Below are positions 23,555-36,772 of a DNA stretch of 64,000 bases, in pieces. Source of the DNA: Daphnia carinata (Eukaryota); contig NC_081331.1 of assembly GCF_022539665.2 (NCBI RefSeq), forward strand, positions 10,416,001 through 10,480,000, given 5' to 3'. The notes below the pieces were generated by a model. That model was given only the letters and a program-made list of their open reading frames with translations. It was not told where the DNA came from and did no database searches. A program made the translations under genes and the position numbers. The stretch's first letter is position 1. The number at the start of each line of letters is the position of its first letter.

Positions 23555-26417
23555 ATGAACTCGAAAAATTCTCCGACATGTCACCTGCCTGATCATGTTT
23601 TAATGCAGATTTTTCGATACCTCAAAGCAGAGGCATTAAATTTGTCTTATCTTCCATATTAATTACAATCAGTTTGACCAATACTTCTTTTCTAAATTTC
23701 AAGGACATTCTGAATCTCTCAAGTGTGTCTCAAACCTGGTACAGAGTATCAAGGGATGAACTATTATGGAAATCTCTCTTGAAAAGAGACTGGAATGTAA
23801 ATCCAACAATTGGAATAGCTCCTGGTATCTACTAATAAATATTCTCTTCAAACTTCTTCATTCCTTAGCAATGTGCTGTATTTGATTTAGGCCAAACATC
23901 ATGGTTTAACGAATACTCAAGACTATGGCAACATACACCAATATTAGAAACAGAAGTTTTGAAGGGCCATACCCATCAAGTGCTTCATGTCAGTTTTTCG
24001 CACAATGGGAAGTATTTTGCCACCTGCTCTAAAGATGGTTATGTGATGGTAAAAACTTAAATCATCATTTGTATGCATTTCGTGGGATTCTAAAACTATG
24101 CAAAACTTTTTTTTTTTAGCTTTGGGATGCTGGTTATCCAGCAAGAATCAAGCACTATTACGATATGAAAGTGTACAGCTGGAAAAATACTCAGTTTAGT
24201 CAATTTAATGAATCAGATACATTACTCTTGGTTTCGGGAGTTCACTTCGGAAATCACTCCAATACAGGAGAGATCGCAGTTTTTAATCTCGAAGTAAATT
24301 TATTACGAATAATAAACATAGGTAATATGCTTTAACATTTTCTGCTGTTATCCCCACAGGAAGACTTTGTGATTCAATGCCGGATGTCAAACAAGCCATA
24401 TGATTTTTTTGGTACATGGTACAATGATAATTACCTATTGTCCGGTGATTTGCGCTGGCTTGCCCATCTCGTAAGCACGTCAGTTGTGTGGTTGAATCGA
24501 GCGTCGCAAGAATCAGACTCTGAATTCACTTCCATTATGAACCGAATGTTCAAGTTTTATAATAGAAGTGCTTCGTCTATCCGCTCAATTACGGTGGCAA
24601 ACTGTCGTTCTTTACCTCAACGACAGCCGACATCTTCTTCCCCGACACCATCGAATACGTCTGACGATTGCTCCTCAGATAAAGTATTCCTTCTTGAATG
24701 GCTTGTTATACGATTTGGCATAACTAAATTTTTTGCTTAACAGAGTTGTCATGAGACGGGAAATCCCATTTCGCATCCCGATCTTCCAACAGCTGAAACC
24801 AAGACTACAGACAACAGTTCACGTAAAGAGGAAGATGTCTTTTTCCATAATCCAAGTACGACGACGTTTTACGTTTCCAGTTATCATAAATCAACTCTCT
24901 GTTGCGTGTGGTATAGCTGAAGGAACCTTATGGCCAACCAACTCAGGCGATTTTCAGTCTTGGCGACGAGATACTCCGAATGTTGCTGCCACCAGGTAGA
25001 AACATAACCAAACAAATTTACATGAAATGAAGCAAATCAATTCGTCGTTTCAACTTTACTGTGTAATACTTCCAAAATGCGAAACAGGGATCATGAAACA
25101 AAGGAGGAATCTAAAAGCGATGACGAGGAGGAATCAACCAGATCAAATTCCCCATTAGCCTGCTCCGGTGCCGAAGCTCGTTCCCAACGCGCAGAGTCAG
25201 AAGCTACCGACGATGATTCAGACGACGTACTGGATCCTCGTGAAAAATTCTTGATTTTCACCATGGGTTCGCGGACTTATACCCCACATCAAATAGGTCT
25301 TATTGTAATCTCCCGGCTTCTGTCCTTCAGTAATCCATTTGTTTGTTTCCCTTTCAGGTTTAAAACGAATATCTCCGTTTACATTTTGCAATCGGATCGA
25401 TGTCGGCCCGAGTTTGGCCGAACGAGTGGCTATTCAGAGGCAAGAACGGCAAGCATTGGAAGAGTCCTTAGCTCTAGGAATCCCTCCGTAATTCGGTTTC
25501 AGTCGTATTTGAAAAATTTGAATAGTTCAAATACGTTTTTCACCCTAAACTAGACGCGAACCCGTTTGGCAAGATTATGATGCTGTCACCGATCGGTTTG
25601 ATCCAATTGACCACGTCATTGATTTAAATGGCCATATCATTGGAATGTCTTTATCTCCTGACCACAGGTATGATTACGGGATTCGCAAATTTCGTCCCGA
25701 TCATAGCAAAATTTCTGTATTTGTTGATATCCTTCTCAGATATTTATACGTCAACGTCCGGCCATGGCCTCAAGGATGCACTATAGAGAATCCTCTCCAA
25801 CCCCCGCCCATCGCACAAGAGATCGACATACATGTAATTGATCTAGTCACATTAAAACAGGTAATAAAACCAATGGCACTTAGACAAGCAAATGATGGGG
25901 CAACGGGAACTAGTACGGTTTCACATTTCTTCCTCATAGGTCGGATCATTATTACGGGCCCATCGGTCTTTCACACCTAATGATGAATGTTTCTTCATTT
26001 TTTTGGACGTCAGCAATAATTATGTAGCAAGGTTGACAAAAGAAAAGTTTCTTATTTCCTGATTACTTCTAATCTAATTATTTTTTGTTTACATGGTAAG
26101 CGGTGCGGAGGACAAATATGCGTATATATGGGATCGGCATTACGGCGTCGTTTTGGCCAAATTTCCGCATCAGGATGTCGTAAATGCCGTTTCATTTAAC
26201 CCTAGGTTTGTATCGATTTAGAAATGAATTTCAGATTTAATGCCAAGATTATTTTGCTTATGATTCGAGTAGAGATCCCGAAATTTTGATCACTGCTTCT
26301 GATGACTACACCCTAAAGATTTGGCGTTCCCGTCATCGAGCCCGCCAACTTAACCTGCCTTTGGTGAACTTGCCCGTTGGTATGGAATTTCGCCAAAGGT
26401 CTTCACGCTTGAGTTAG
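23555..26417 (+). CDS. FBXW5: F-box/WD40-repeat protein 5
   Basis: N-terminal F-box (LPDHVLMQIFRYLKAE|DILNLSSVSQTWYRVSRDELLWK); WD40 segments EGHTHQVLHVSFSHNGKYFATCSKDG, NKPYDFFGTWY, FTMGSRTYTPHQIG, GMSLSPDHRYLYVNVRPWP, PPPIAQEIDIHVIDL, FNPRDPEILITASDDYTLKIWRS. Many short introns; TAG at 26415-26417. Confidence 0.93.
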
Positions 26418-27238
26418 AATGCATTTTAAAAATTCAAATATACTCAACGACACGGCAATGAAAATTCGATGGAAAGAACTATTCGTTCTCGATTGCTCAG
26501 ATATGATTTCTGCGTTGCCTGTAATTGAGGCATTTATTGGCAAAATGACACTTTTTTGTTGCTGTTTATGTGTGATCCCTTTGGCATAGTGTGTGTTCGT
26601 TTTGAGTCAGCTCAAGAGAAAGTAAAACAAAGGATGGAGCAACATAATAATAATATTTATTTTTTACTGTCTTATTCGCTGGTCTCGACAAAAATGGTCT
26701 TATTATAAGCACTACCACACCCAATAGGTATATGCTGATAGCAGAATGATTTCACCCAAGTAGAACCGCACCCTATTTTGGATGACTAGAGGAATAGGTG
26801 ACTAGCGAAACAAAGAAATGACAAGCTGACTCATAAATGAAACGGGTACAGACATTAGGATTCGCATCTGCCATAGTTGTCTACGCAGTTTCTGTCCTAT
26901 TTTCGAACAAATGTTCTTTGTTCATGCGAAAAACTTAGTAATCAGCATAATTTAGCTTTACAAATTCTAAAAAAAAAAAAAAAGCACATTCAGCTTCCAT
27001 TTTCTGCGGAATGTGGAATGAATAAGTAATAACTTTTTGCTTTGCAGCTAACAATATTGAAATTTAGGATAAGCGGCAAACACGCACAAGGAAGCCGGTG
27101 CAAGTACAAAAGTTTTTTGCGCCCTCTGTGGGGAAAGACGACACGTCACATATGCTGTTTTCGTCATAAAGTGCTTCTGCTTTTCCGGTTTTACCTTGAA
27201 ATCGCTACACGAAAGTCGAAGAAATTTACCTCCGCAAC

Positions 27239-30193
27239 ATGAACACTTCTGGTAAAATAGCTCTTAGTAGTTTTTACTTCTACACATTATCTGTATATTA
27301 ATCTATCATTTTCCAAATTGCTACAGCGTCGAATTCAAATAAATTTCAAGATGAACCCAAAACACCTGACGTGTCTGATGGTATGGGAGAATTTCCCATG
27401 TCGCAATCGTTCATGAATTTATCCATCGAAGAACAAGAAATGAAAAAGGAAGAATGGAGAAAAGAATTGGCTGAGGTACTATTTTTCTGTTACTTTACCG
27501 AATTGCCTATGGTTATAAAGAAACTACGTTTCAGGTGGAGTATGAAATTCAAACCATGCGCCAGGTCTTGACTTCAAAACTCAGGAAATCTTCAGAACTC
27601 AAACGGAAACTTGGTATCACTGCCTGGGGAGAATTTTCCAATGACATTTCGCAGGGATTGAGAAATGTCAAGGAGACTTCCACGTAAGTACAAAGAACCC
27701 AACACCCATCAGGGTTTTAAGAATTTATTTTTCTTCTTTTATGTATAAATATTACTGTGTAGTTATTGCACTGGCCGTTCAAGTTTGTTATTTGTTTTAA
27801 TTGTAGAACAACAGCATAAGGTTAAACGTAAGCAATAACAAAATTAAGAATTGAAGACAACTTATTTATCAACCAGTTCTCATGTCTTAAAGGTTATATT
27901 GTCAAGTTTTAAAAGTATTAACAATGAACCAGTAAAGAACTTTAAGCTGTTGTTTAAATGTAGCTTATATTTTCGTACTTGGTTTTGCATTCCTTAAGTA
28001 TCAGTAGTTGTTTTGACTGCTTGTTTTTTGGTTTTTGTCAGCTTCCAAACAATTGAGGAAAAGGTGGAGGAGGTTTCCAAGGCGATTTCTAGTGCTCCCT
28101 TGTAAGTATGTCGCTTCTTGCTTAGTGGGTCTTTATTTTCACTTGCATACGAATTTAGTCGAATTAAGTCTCTTTTTTTTTTCAAGAAAATGTTGAGAAC
28201 CAAACAGCTGGCTCGATACGGTACCCTAGTTCTGTGTGTAGTTATGTGTAGAAGTAAACCACAAGGAAGGCGGGCTTTTAATTGCCAGCTGGGGAGAGAG
28301 AGCGTGAGTGGTTGCGCGAGCGGTGCGGTAAAATAGCCTTGCGCGTGTCCATCGATCGGCGTCGTCGCTGGGCGTCTTTTCATCGGAATCCATTCGTTAA
28401 GGAAAGAAAAAGGCCAAAAAGAGGGAAAACGGGAAGGAGCAAAAAGGAGCTCGTCTCCCTGCCATCGGTGCGAGTTTGCCTCTCTCTCTCCGTGTCGAAG
28501 TGTCGCTGGTTTCAAGTCGTCTTGTTCGACTTGGATTGGTAGGAGAGGAAAAAGTTGAAAGCACTTCCATTCCGACCCTTTTATCCGCATACATATCTTA
28601 TCAAGTGTCATCGAATTTATTTGTTACTTGTTGTATTGATCGCAATCATGGACGCCGCTCGTGAAATGTAAGTTGGTGTCTTTTCTCTCTCCAACCGCCC
28701 CCTCTCTTCGTCAAGTACTTTTAGTAGACCGATTAGTGTAGGGGCAACTTGTTCTCTTATTTGGGGTATAATTGGATTGAAAGGTGCCTTATTACTCAAA
28801 AGCGATATTCTTTCCTGGTGGCGCTCTAAAGCCGGATTTTTAAAATCACACAGACGTTTGCTGACAACATTTGTATTGAATCTTTGTAGCGCGTTTAGCA
28901 AAACAGAAAATCATCAAGAAAGCAGTTGTTCCAACAAAGAGGTTATCAAAAACATAAATGTCTGAATCTGTCTAGGCCATTTAAAATGCCCATTCTTTGA
29001 TATCCAGACTGTCGAAAGGCTTATAGGGGTAAAGGGCAATCTGGGCACAAGAGAAACGGAAAGAAGAGGAGGCAGAAGAGTGGTGGTAGGAGAGGGGGGA
29101 TTTGTGCCCCCCTCCCTCTTCCGCCTCCACGTCATCCTACCCCTATACGCTCGAGTCTTTCCCAGAGTTGCAAAGCTCGTCGTTCGTGCACCCCGCCCTC
29201 CTCTTTCTCCTACTTCCTCCTCCTTGAAAAGTATCGACTCGACGTGCTTGACTATTCGTATTGATTTCCGTCCGTCCTCGCAAACCCCTCCCCCTATCTG
29301 CGCCCGTTCACTCTCGCTCAGAAAGAAACGTTAATACAGTTTCTCAGCTCTCTCCGTCTCTCATATCCTTTGCCATTTATTCTTTACGTTTTCTCTTTTT
29401 TCATTATTATTTTTTTTATTTCCATTTTTTTTTTGTTCGTCTACCAGATCCTGTACGTTGTGTATTGACCGATCTTGGATAGAACAACAAAAAAAAAAAA
29501 TAGCTGCACTTTTTATTAACTTAGATCTTTTCCTCCTTTCTTATTGTGGTTGTTGTTGCTGTTATTCATATACTCTTTTTTTTTCTCCTTTTCTGGCTCA
29601 TACACCGGGCTGATTGCGATCGATCTACTCAACCGAGTCCAGCTTGAGTCTTGGGGTTTTATGCGTCTATGCACAAACAACTGGGCAACTAAAGCCCCGT
29701 CGATTTGATTTTCTCTTTTGCTATTATTATTATGTTGTGTGTGTATGTGTGAAACGACGAAAGGTTTTGTCATGAACTAAAAATTAAAATTCTTTAGGTA
29801 CCAAAAAACGGAAACTGCGCTGAAGACGACAGCCGAAAAAACGACAACTTTCCTTGGTGGTATCACTGGAGGACTATCCGCCAAAATAGGAGCAGTTAAG
29901 AACTCCGACACTTTCCGTTCCATGGAAGAAAGAGTCGGCTCAGTCTACACTAATGTCAAGGTAATTTGATAAAAAATTAACAAAAGAAACAAAATTCGTT
30001 ACTGTTCTCCGTCTATTAGTCTAAGGTGGTCACGTCACGTTCCAGCTCGTCTCACGAGCTCGATGAAGCTCTCAAGGAAGCCGAGGCGCAGAGAGAAGCT
30101 GCCAATCTCTCTAGCGGTTTGGCTGTCTCGGGCTCATCGTCGACTGCTACTCCGACCACTACACCAACCCAATCGGAAAAGCCAGTGGCCTAA
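27239..30193 (+). CDS. TPD52: Tumor protein D52/D54 family coiled-coil protein
   Basis: Spliced frame EEWRKELAE|VEYEIQTMRQVLTSKLRKSSELKRKLGITAWGEF ... YQKTETALKTTAEKTT ... KIGAVKNSDTFRSMEERVG, matching the D52 coiled coil and D2 motif. TAA at 30191-30193. Confidence 0.9.
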
Positions 30194-31087
30194 ACTAAAA
30201 AAACAAAAAAAAAAGAAAGAAGAACACAAATGGGATATTCATCCTCGATCGAGAAACTGATTATGTTTGATCTCTTTTAGTTGAAAAAAGAGCAAAAACA
30301 AAAACAGTTTGTCAATTCCCAACTTCATTAAAGTCTTTACCGTAATCAATTTCTTTCTCACTTTTCCTTATTTCATTATTATTATTCTTTGCGTGCGTTT
30401 ATTATTTTTTCGAGGTAAAAAAAAAGGAGCTATTCTTTTTAATGTATCCGCAACCGTTGGGATAACTTTAGAGGGATCTAATAAGACAGTTTCTTTCTAC
30501 ATCAGAAAAACCAAGTGAAGTAACTGCCAACTTCATTAGTAGCAGCATAAGGGAAGCTAAAGAAAAACGAAAAGTAATAAGCTAGTTACGCCTAAGTGGT
30601 GAATGTGAATTTAGGGATGTCCAGGTGTGTTACCTCCCCTTGATTTCCTCTCGATTTTTTTTTTTAACGAGTGTGTTAGTGTTCAATCCTATATCTGTCA
30701 CCTCTCTTGCACACGTCGTTCACCGTGAAAACTGGTGATTGAAAGAACGAGAGAGAAGAAACTGTGATGGCCGAACACGACTTTGTTGATTTGCACTCGT
30801 TTATTTCTTTTCTCCCTACCCACTTAACCTCTTTCCATCATTCACATTGTTTAATCACGCAACCACCCGCCATCTTTGCCTCCCCTGACGAATCCCTTCG
30901 ATGGCACCCCTCGATTATTCATTGGTTTTTCCATGTTAAATTTTTTTTTCTCTCCCTCTCTGTTAAAGTCTTCGCAGAAAATATGGGCATCAATATTTCT
31001 TGATTGAAATGAAACTCTTCGTATCCATCTCAATGAAATTTCCCAGCTCTCCAGTGGTTCGATTTGTTATTAAAACTTATTTCTTAA

Positions 31088-31088
<1 letters not shown>

Positions 31089-31127
<39 letters not shown>
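31089..31127. repeat. Poly-T tract of ~39 nt, one of many long homopolymers (also ~1064-1096, 1785-1808, 2497-2523, 53713-53749)
   Basis: Directly visible. Confidence 0.9.
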
Positions 31128-31129
<2 letters not shown>

Positions 31130-31481
31130 AATTTTCTATTATTGTTTAGCTTTGGGAAGCGCGGAGTCCTAAAAAAGAAATTGTCATCTGATCTAATAAG
31201 TGTTTTTCCATCGTTTCGTTATGTCGAAATTCTTTCTGTCGGCAGGTTTATCTATTCGATCTTTTTCTTCCTCTACAACAACAAAAAAAAATCATTGCTC
31301 GTTTTTCTCTCACTGGAAATACAACGTTTAGCTTAATGATTCCACGGAAATCTCAATGTCGTCGGAAGCAACGTTTTATTTTTGGTTTTTTCCTCTCCTT
31401 TTTCCTTTTTTTTTTTTTATTTTGAAATGCATGTCTCACAGTGAACATCGATCTACCAACGTCGATGATTGTCGAAGGGTA

Positions 31482-31522
31482 TATATAAGGCCTCTCGAAC
31501 GTTACACGCTTTATTCTCAGTC
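31482..31522 (+). promoter_or_regulatory. TATA + Inr core promoter of the LEA-like gene
   Basis: TATATAAG at 31482-31489 and TCAGTC at 31517-31522, about 90 nt upstream of ATG 31610. Confidence 0.65.
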
Positions 31523-31609
31523 TTTCAGCGATCTATCGACAAGTGAACAGACAAGAACGTCAAAGGAAACTCATCTAAGCGAGAAAGAAGAACGCGCAAT
31601 ATCAGGACC

Positions 31610-34600
31610 ATGGCTGACGTAGTGGATCTCATCGATATCTTGGTGTAAGTTTTTTTCGTTTGGCCCTTTTCAATCTTTTTTTTTTTTTCCCTATCTTTTG
31701 TGCATAGATGTTATTTTCTTTTTTTCATACGCTAAAGTAGACTGATCGATATGATATCAATGCCTTGTTTTATCCGGTGCTTTGTTCAGTGCGCGTGAAA
31801 TTGGCACGTTCCCATTTTACTCAATGTGTGTTAAAAAAATCGATGTTAAAATGTAAATCAAAGCGGTTCGTAATCATGGCTGCCGTCCAGGAATTAAACG
31901 CATGTAAAATAGTTAGCCCAATGGCGATTCAATTTTCATTTTTTTTAATTCTTTTAGTCGAATTAAAAGGCGACGTCGTATCGATGTTGCGCTAGTCCTT
32001 TGTTTGTGTCTCCTGGCGGCTGCCGCGATTGAACCGCCTCTAACCGCCGACGAGAAGTAAGTGGGAACGATTAACGACGTTTAGGCAAATCAGTTTAATC
32101 ATTTACATTTTTTTTTCAATTAAAAGGTCACAAGAACAAGAAGCAAAGGAAAGATCATTCGCCACCGACATTCACAGTCCATCACCTCCATCTGGCTCGT
32201 TCCTGGAAAAAGCGAAAGAATCGGCAGCCGAAATGGTTGAACGGGTAGAAAGAGCCTTAAAAGAAACAGCGGCCACAGTCAAGAGTAGCATCAGTGACCG
32301 TATGCCAGAGGAGAAACACGAAATTAAACCTCCACAAGAATCGCTTTACGGCCAAGTTAAAGAATCAGCATCCGATACAGCGGAACGGATCAAGAGAGCC
32401 GTTGGCGCTGGCGAACAACCCGAAGAAATAGCTGAAAAGCCAGAATCTTTATTACATCGAGCTAAAGATTGGATAACTGGAACGACGCATGAAACGGCCG
32501 AACAAGTCCAACAGCAAATGCCACAACAACCTGATAAGTCGACTTTACAGCAAGCTAAAGATGCCACGGTTGATTCTGCCCAACGCGCTAAAGATGCAAC
32601 GATGGATGCCGCCCAACGCGCCAGAGAGGCTACCATGGATGCCGCCCAACGCGCTAGAGAGGCTACCATGGATACCGCACAACGCGCAAGAGATGCAACG
32701 ATCGAATCTGCCCAACAAGCTCGAGATGCTGCGTCCGGAGCGGCTCATCGTGTTCAAGAAGGAATTCAGAACGTGGGTAGCCAAGCCAGCGATACCTTGG
32801 GGTCAGCTTATGAACGGGCAAAGAATTTAGTTTCGCAAAATGCTGACCAGGCGCAGGAACAAGCACAGCAAGTCAAACAACAAGCGGAAGAAGCTGCACA
32901 ACAAGGACAACAAGAAGGCGGATCATTCTTCCAGCGGGCTAAAGAATGGGTGGCAGGCAGCGCTCACGAAGGAGCTGAAAAGGTGGAACAAATGAAAGAG
33001 CCTTCCACTTTCGAACAAGGAAGAGATGCTACTATGGATGCTGCCCAGCGCGCAAAGGAAGCCACGCTAGACACTGCTCATCAGGCTCAAGAGGCTGCCT
33101 CTCGAGCGGCCAGACAAGTTAAAGAAGGATTTCAAGATGCTGGAAATAGGGCCGGCGAGGCTGTTGAATCAGCCTACGATCGTGCAAAGAATTTAGTTTA
33201 TCAAACGGGCGATCAAGCTCAAGAACAGGCCCAGCGAGCTAAACAACAAGCAGAAGAAGCTGCTGGCCAAGGAAAAGAGCAAGCTGGATCTATCTTGCAA
33301 CGAGCCAAGGAATGGGTAACGGGTACAAGCCAGCAGGCTCAAGATATGGCACAACAAGCTAAAGATACGGCGTCAGAGAGTGCCCAGCAAGCTAGAGAGA
33401 AAGCAGAAGAGGCGGCCAAACAAGCCGAGGAGCAATCAGGATCCTTTGTGGAGAGGGCAAAAGATTGGCTATCTGGAACGAGCGATGAGGTTAAAAGCCA
33501 AGCTCAAGATACTGGAGAATCCATGTCTGATACGGCCCAGCAAGCTAAAGAATCAATTTCGGATGCTGCACATCGAGGAAAAGAAGGAGCTCAAAATGTT
33601 GGAGAACAAGGAGCTGAGCAAGCTGGATCCGTGTTCCAACGGGCCAAGGAATGGGTAACAGGAACGGGACATCAGGCTCAAGATATGGCCCAGCAAGCAA
33701 AAGATACCGCCAGTGGAACTGCCCGGGACACTAAAGAACAGGCCGAAGAGCTCGCAAGAGGAGCACAGGAGCAAACAGGATCTTTGGTTGATAAAGCCAA
33801 AGAATGGTTATCAGGAAGTGGTGAACAGGCGAAAGAGAAAGCACATGAGGCCGGCGAATCCATTTCTGATACGGCCCAACAAGCAAGAGATTCAGCGTCG
33901 GGGGCAGTTCGTCAAACGAGAGAAACAGCCGAAGACATTGGCAACAGAGGAACAGAACAGGCGGGATCGATTTTGCAAAGAGCTAAAGAATGGATCTCTG
34001 GAACTGGGGAGCAAATCAAAGACACTGCTCATCAAGCTGGAGAAAAAGCATCGGATACAGCCGAACAAGTTCAAGACGCTGGTGAGCGAGCAAGCCGAAA
34101 AATGCAAGAAGGAGTGCAGAAGGTGGTAGCTCCAGGTAAAGAACATATTGAAACTCTATACCAACGAACGAAAGAAGGGGCTTCTGATGCTGGTACAGAA
34201 GCCATGAGAAAGGCTCAACAAGCTAATCAGATGGCTATGGACACGGTCTGGAACTTGAAGGGAGCAACAGAGGAGACAGGAAGCAGAGGTGCAGAGGAAG
34301 TTGGTTCTTTCTTGAAACGGGCCAAGGATTGGGTTGTTGGAAGCGGAGAACAGGCAAAAGAAAAAGCACAAGAGGCAGCTGGAACTGTTGGCGATACAGC
34401 CCACCAGGTGAAGGAACAAAGTCAAGATGCTGCACAACGTGGAAAGGAAAATGCGGAATCGCTTTTGGAACGAGCTAAACATTGGGTTTCTGGAAGTGGA
34501 GAACAAGCAAAAGAAACGGCCCAACAGGCTCGTGATTCAGCTGCAGATGCTGCACGACGAGCACAAGAATCGGTGTCCAGCACTGGTCAGCAAGCGAAGG

Positions 34601-35380
34601 ATAAGATATCGGGAGCAGCTGAACAAGGCAAAGCTTACGTTGATCCTGTCTATGAGAAAGCAAAAGAATGGTTAACTGGCACAAAAGAGTCAGCAGAGGA
34701 AACTGCTCAACAGGCTCGAGACAAAGCTTCAGAAAAGTACGACCAAACTGGCGAAGCTATCAAAGACAGATCGGCTCAAATGGGAGAAAAGACTCAAGAA
34801 AAGATGGGCCAAGCTAAAGAGACGAGTGCTGGAGTTGTTCACAAGTTAGGTGATGCCATACACGATTTGAGGCACACCATCATGGAGAAACTTCACATCG
34901 AGAAACCTCATCACGAAGAAGGTTCTGTAACGGTAAATCTTAATTTAGATTCAACATGTAGGTGATCGCCATTAATTGGTTTGGTTTGGATTCAGGAAAA
35001 CGAACCTAGAAAACAAAGTGGAGGACTCAATATTCTACCTGTCGCTGATGCAACGTAAGACGTTTATCATCGAATTTTGTTTTATGTTTATAAACATTTT
35101 CTTACCATGTTTTTGTGTACAGATTGGAACAACAACCTAAAGCCAGCCGGTCAAAGGAAGACATTCCGTCTAGTGATGAAACACAGTCGTCTACCTTCTC
35201 CAAGTTAACAAAGCGTCTGAGCGCATACTTGGGATCTCATGTAACATATATTGGGTATTCAGTTAATTGACGCGTTTAAAATTTTTTTTTTATGTACAAT
35301 AGGAGAACATAGATAATTTCCAGCCGGACGAAGATGCTTTATCAGATCCCACACAAATAGAGGATCGAGTGGCCATATAA
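31610..35380 (+). CDS. Large LEA group-3-like repeat protein with predicted signal peptide (~1060 aa)
   Basis: Exons 31610-31644, 31970-32056, 32127-34932, 34996-35054, 35123-35240 and 35303-35380 join in frame (3183 nt). N-terminus MADVVDLIDILVRRRIDVALVLCLCLLAAAA. A/Q/E/K-rich body with 11-mer repeats (AKDATMDAAQR) and ten (R/K)AK(E/D/H)WxxG motifs. Confidence 0.8.
32554..32751 (+). repeat. Six tandem 33-bp coding repeats (11-aa LEA-type motif)
   Basis: AKDATVDSAQR/AKDATMDAAQR/AREATMDAAQR/AREATMDTAQR/ARDATIESAQQ/ARDAASGAAHR. Confidence 0.9.
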
Positions 35381-36772
35381 ATTCTCTCTTCGATAAATCG
35401 ATGATCAGTTTCCCGAACAAAACTCCATTTAGTGTGTAGTTCATATTTTAAAAACAGATATGTCATCTTAAGTGAAAAGGAAAAAAATTAATAAAAAAAA
35501 TACACGATTGTCTTGTTTGAAATAGAATTTTTGTCTTGGTTTGAATTTTATTGCCAAACTGCTTCGATCAACGTTAGATGGCGTGGAGCCATTTCGAACG
35601 TGCTTTTTTACCGGAAATTCCTCCGATTGTTGAGGGTAGGGTAAGATTCGAACAAAGGCATCACCACCCTGTCCTTTGAGTGGCCATTTTACCCTTGACA
35701 GCCGTGTGACCTCGGCGCAACGCGCGTCGCGCCATGTAAAGAGAATAGAATGCTGATTGCTTATTTACAAAATCAAAATGAATGGCTGATTTTGTATCCT
35801 ACTGTCTTTCTTTTGTCACATGTTTCAACCACTTCACTAAGTTTTGCAATTAATTTATCCGGCCTGAATGAAAGAAGGCGTCACGTTTTCGTTTTCACCC
35901 TACTGTAAGTATATATATTTTAAAACTTATATGATTACTGAATCTTATCGCAACAGTTACAATCATCATTATCATTTTCGGGGGTTTGGTTTTTCAATTG
36001 GCCTTTTTGCACTTACCCTCCATGTCGAAACGTTTGAGTGACGTCGCCTGACGAAGCAAGTCAAGTTAGGCTGGGTTTGAAGTTTACAATTTTTTCTGTT
36101 GGAACGTAATGTTGAAATCTAGACCGCATGACTAGATTTAAATTTCGAAGTACCTAAATTGATTGGAGGCCATTGGCCTGCAGCAATGGGGAAAATAATT
36201 TAGAAGGTCATGAGAGGTCATTGCCATCTTTTCTTTAAAACGGTAGACGTACTTAAAAGTCAAGTGGGAGTGAAAATTCGCATCGTCAAATTCCAAAAAT
36301 AAAAATCACCGTCCTCCCTTGAGGCTTTGGGTAGGTTTTATAAGCGCAGAACTTTGATCGTCTTTTGTTTTCCTCCATTTTGTTTTCTGCTAGGGAGACA
36401 AAACCAAGATGTCGTCTCTGTTCCCCAACATTTTCGACTGCGCAGTCTCTGCCCGACTAAATTGCTTGTTTCAATTGGTTGATCAAGGTTGATTGGAGAT
36501 TGAGGAATGGAAGTTGCAGTCGAAAAGGTAGACACCATTAAGGTGTGGGATGAGAAATTTTAACCTCGCTCGACCTCGAGACAAAATCCTAGTCCCCCAC
36601 CGGCGGCGTTGAGGGAGAGAACAAGGGTAAGGGAGGCTGAGAGAAGGTGTGGAGAAGCTCCCCATAAAGAAGCTCGTCGCTGCACTCATCAAGTCAATTC
36701 AATTCTTGCATTCGAACTGTCAATTGTGAGCTCATTTTTCTCCCGTTTCTTAGTTTACAGCTATGGTGGATT

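Noticed and set aside
32346..34684. Many antisense and alternate-frame ORFs over the LEA gene; 33-bp repeats as a CRISPR-like array
   Set aside because: The ORFs are shadows of a repetitive coding frame. The repeats are contiguous, have no spacers, and the DNA is eukaryotic.
36117..36142. A further TGACTAGA (miR-279 seed) at ~36129
   Set aside because: Only a short AATCTAG/CTAGATT stem, with no precursor-length hairpin and no 3' similarity to miR-279.
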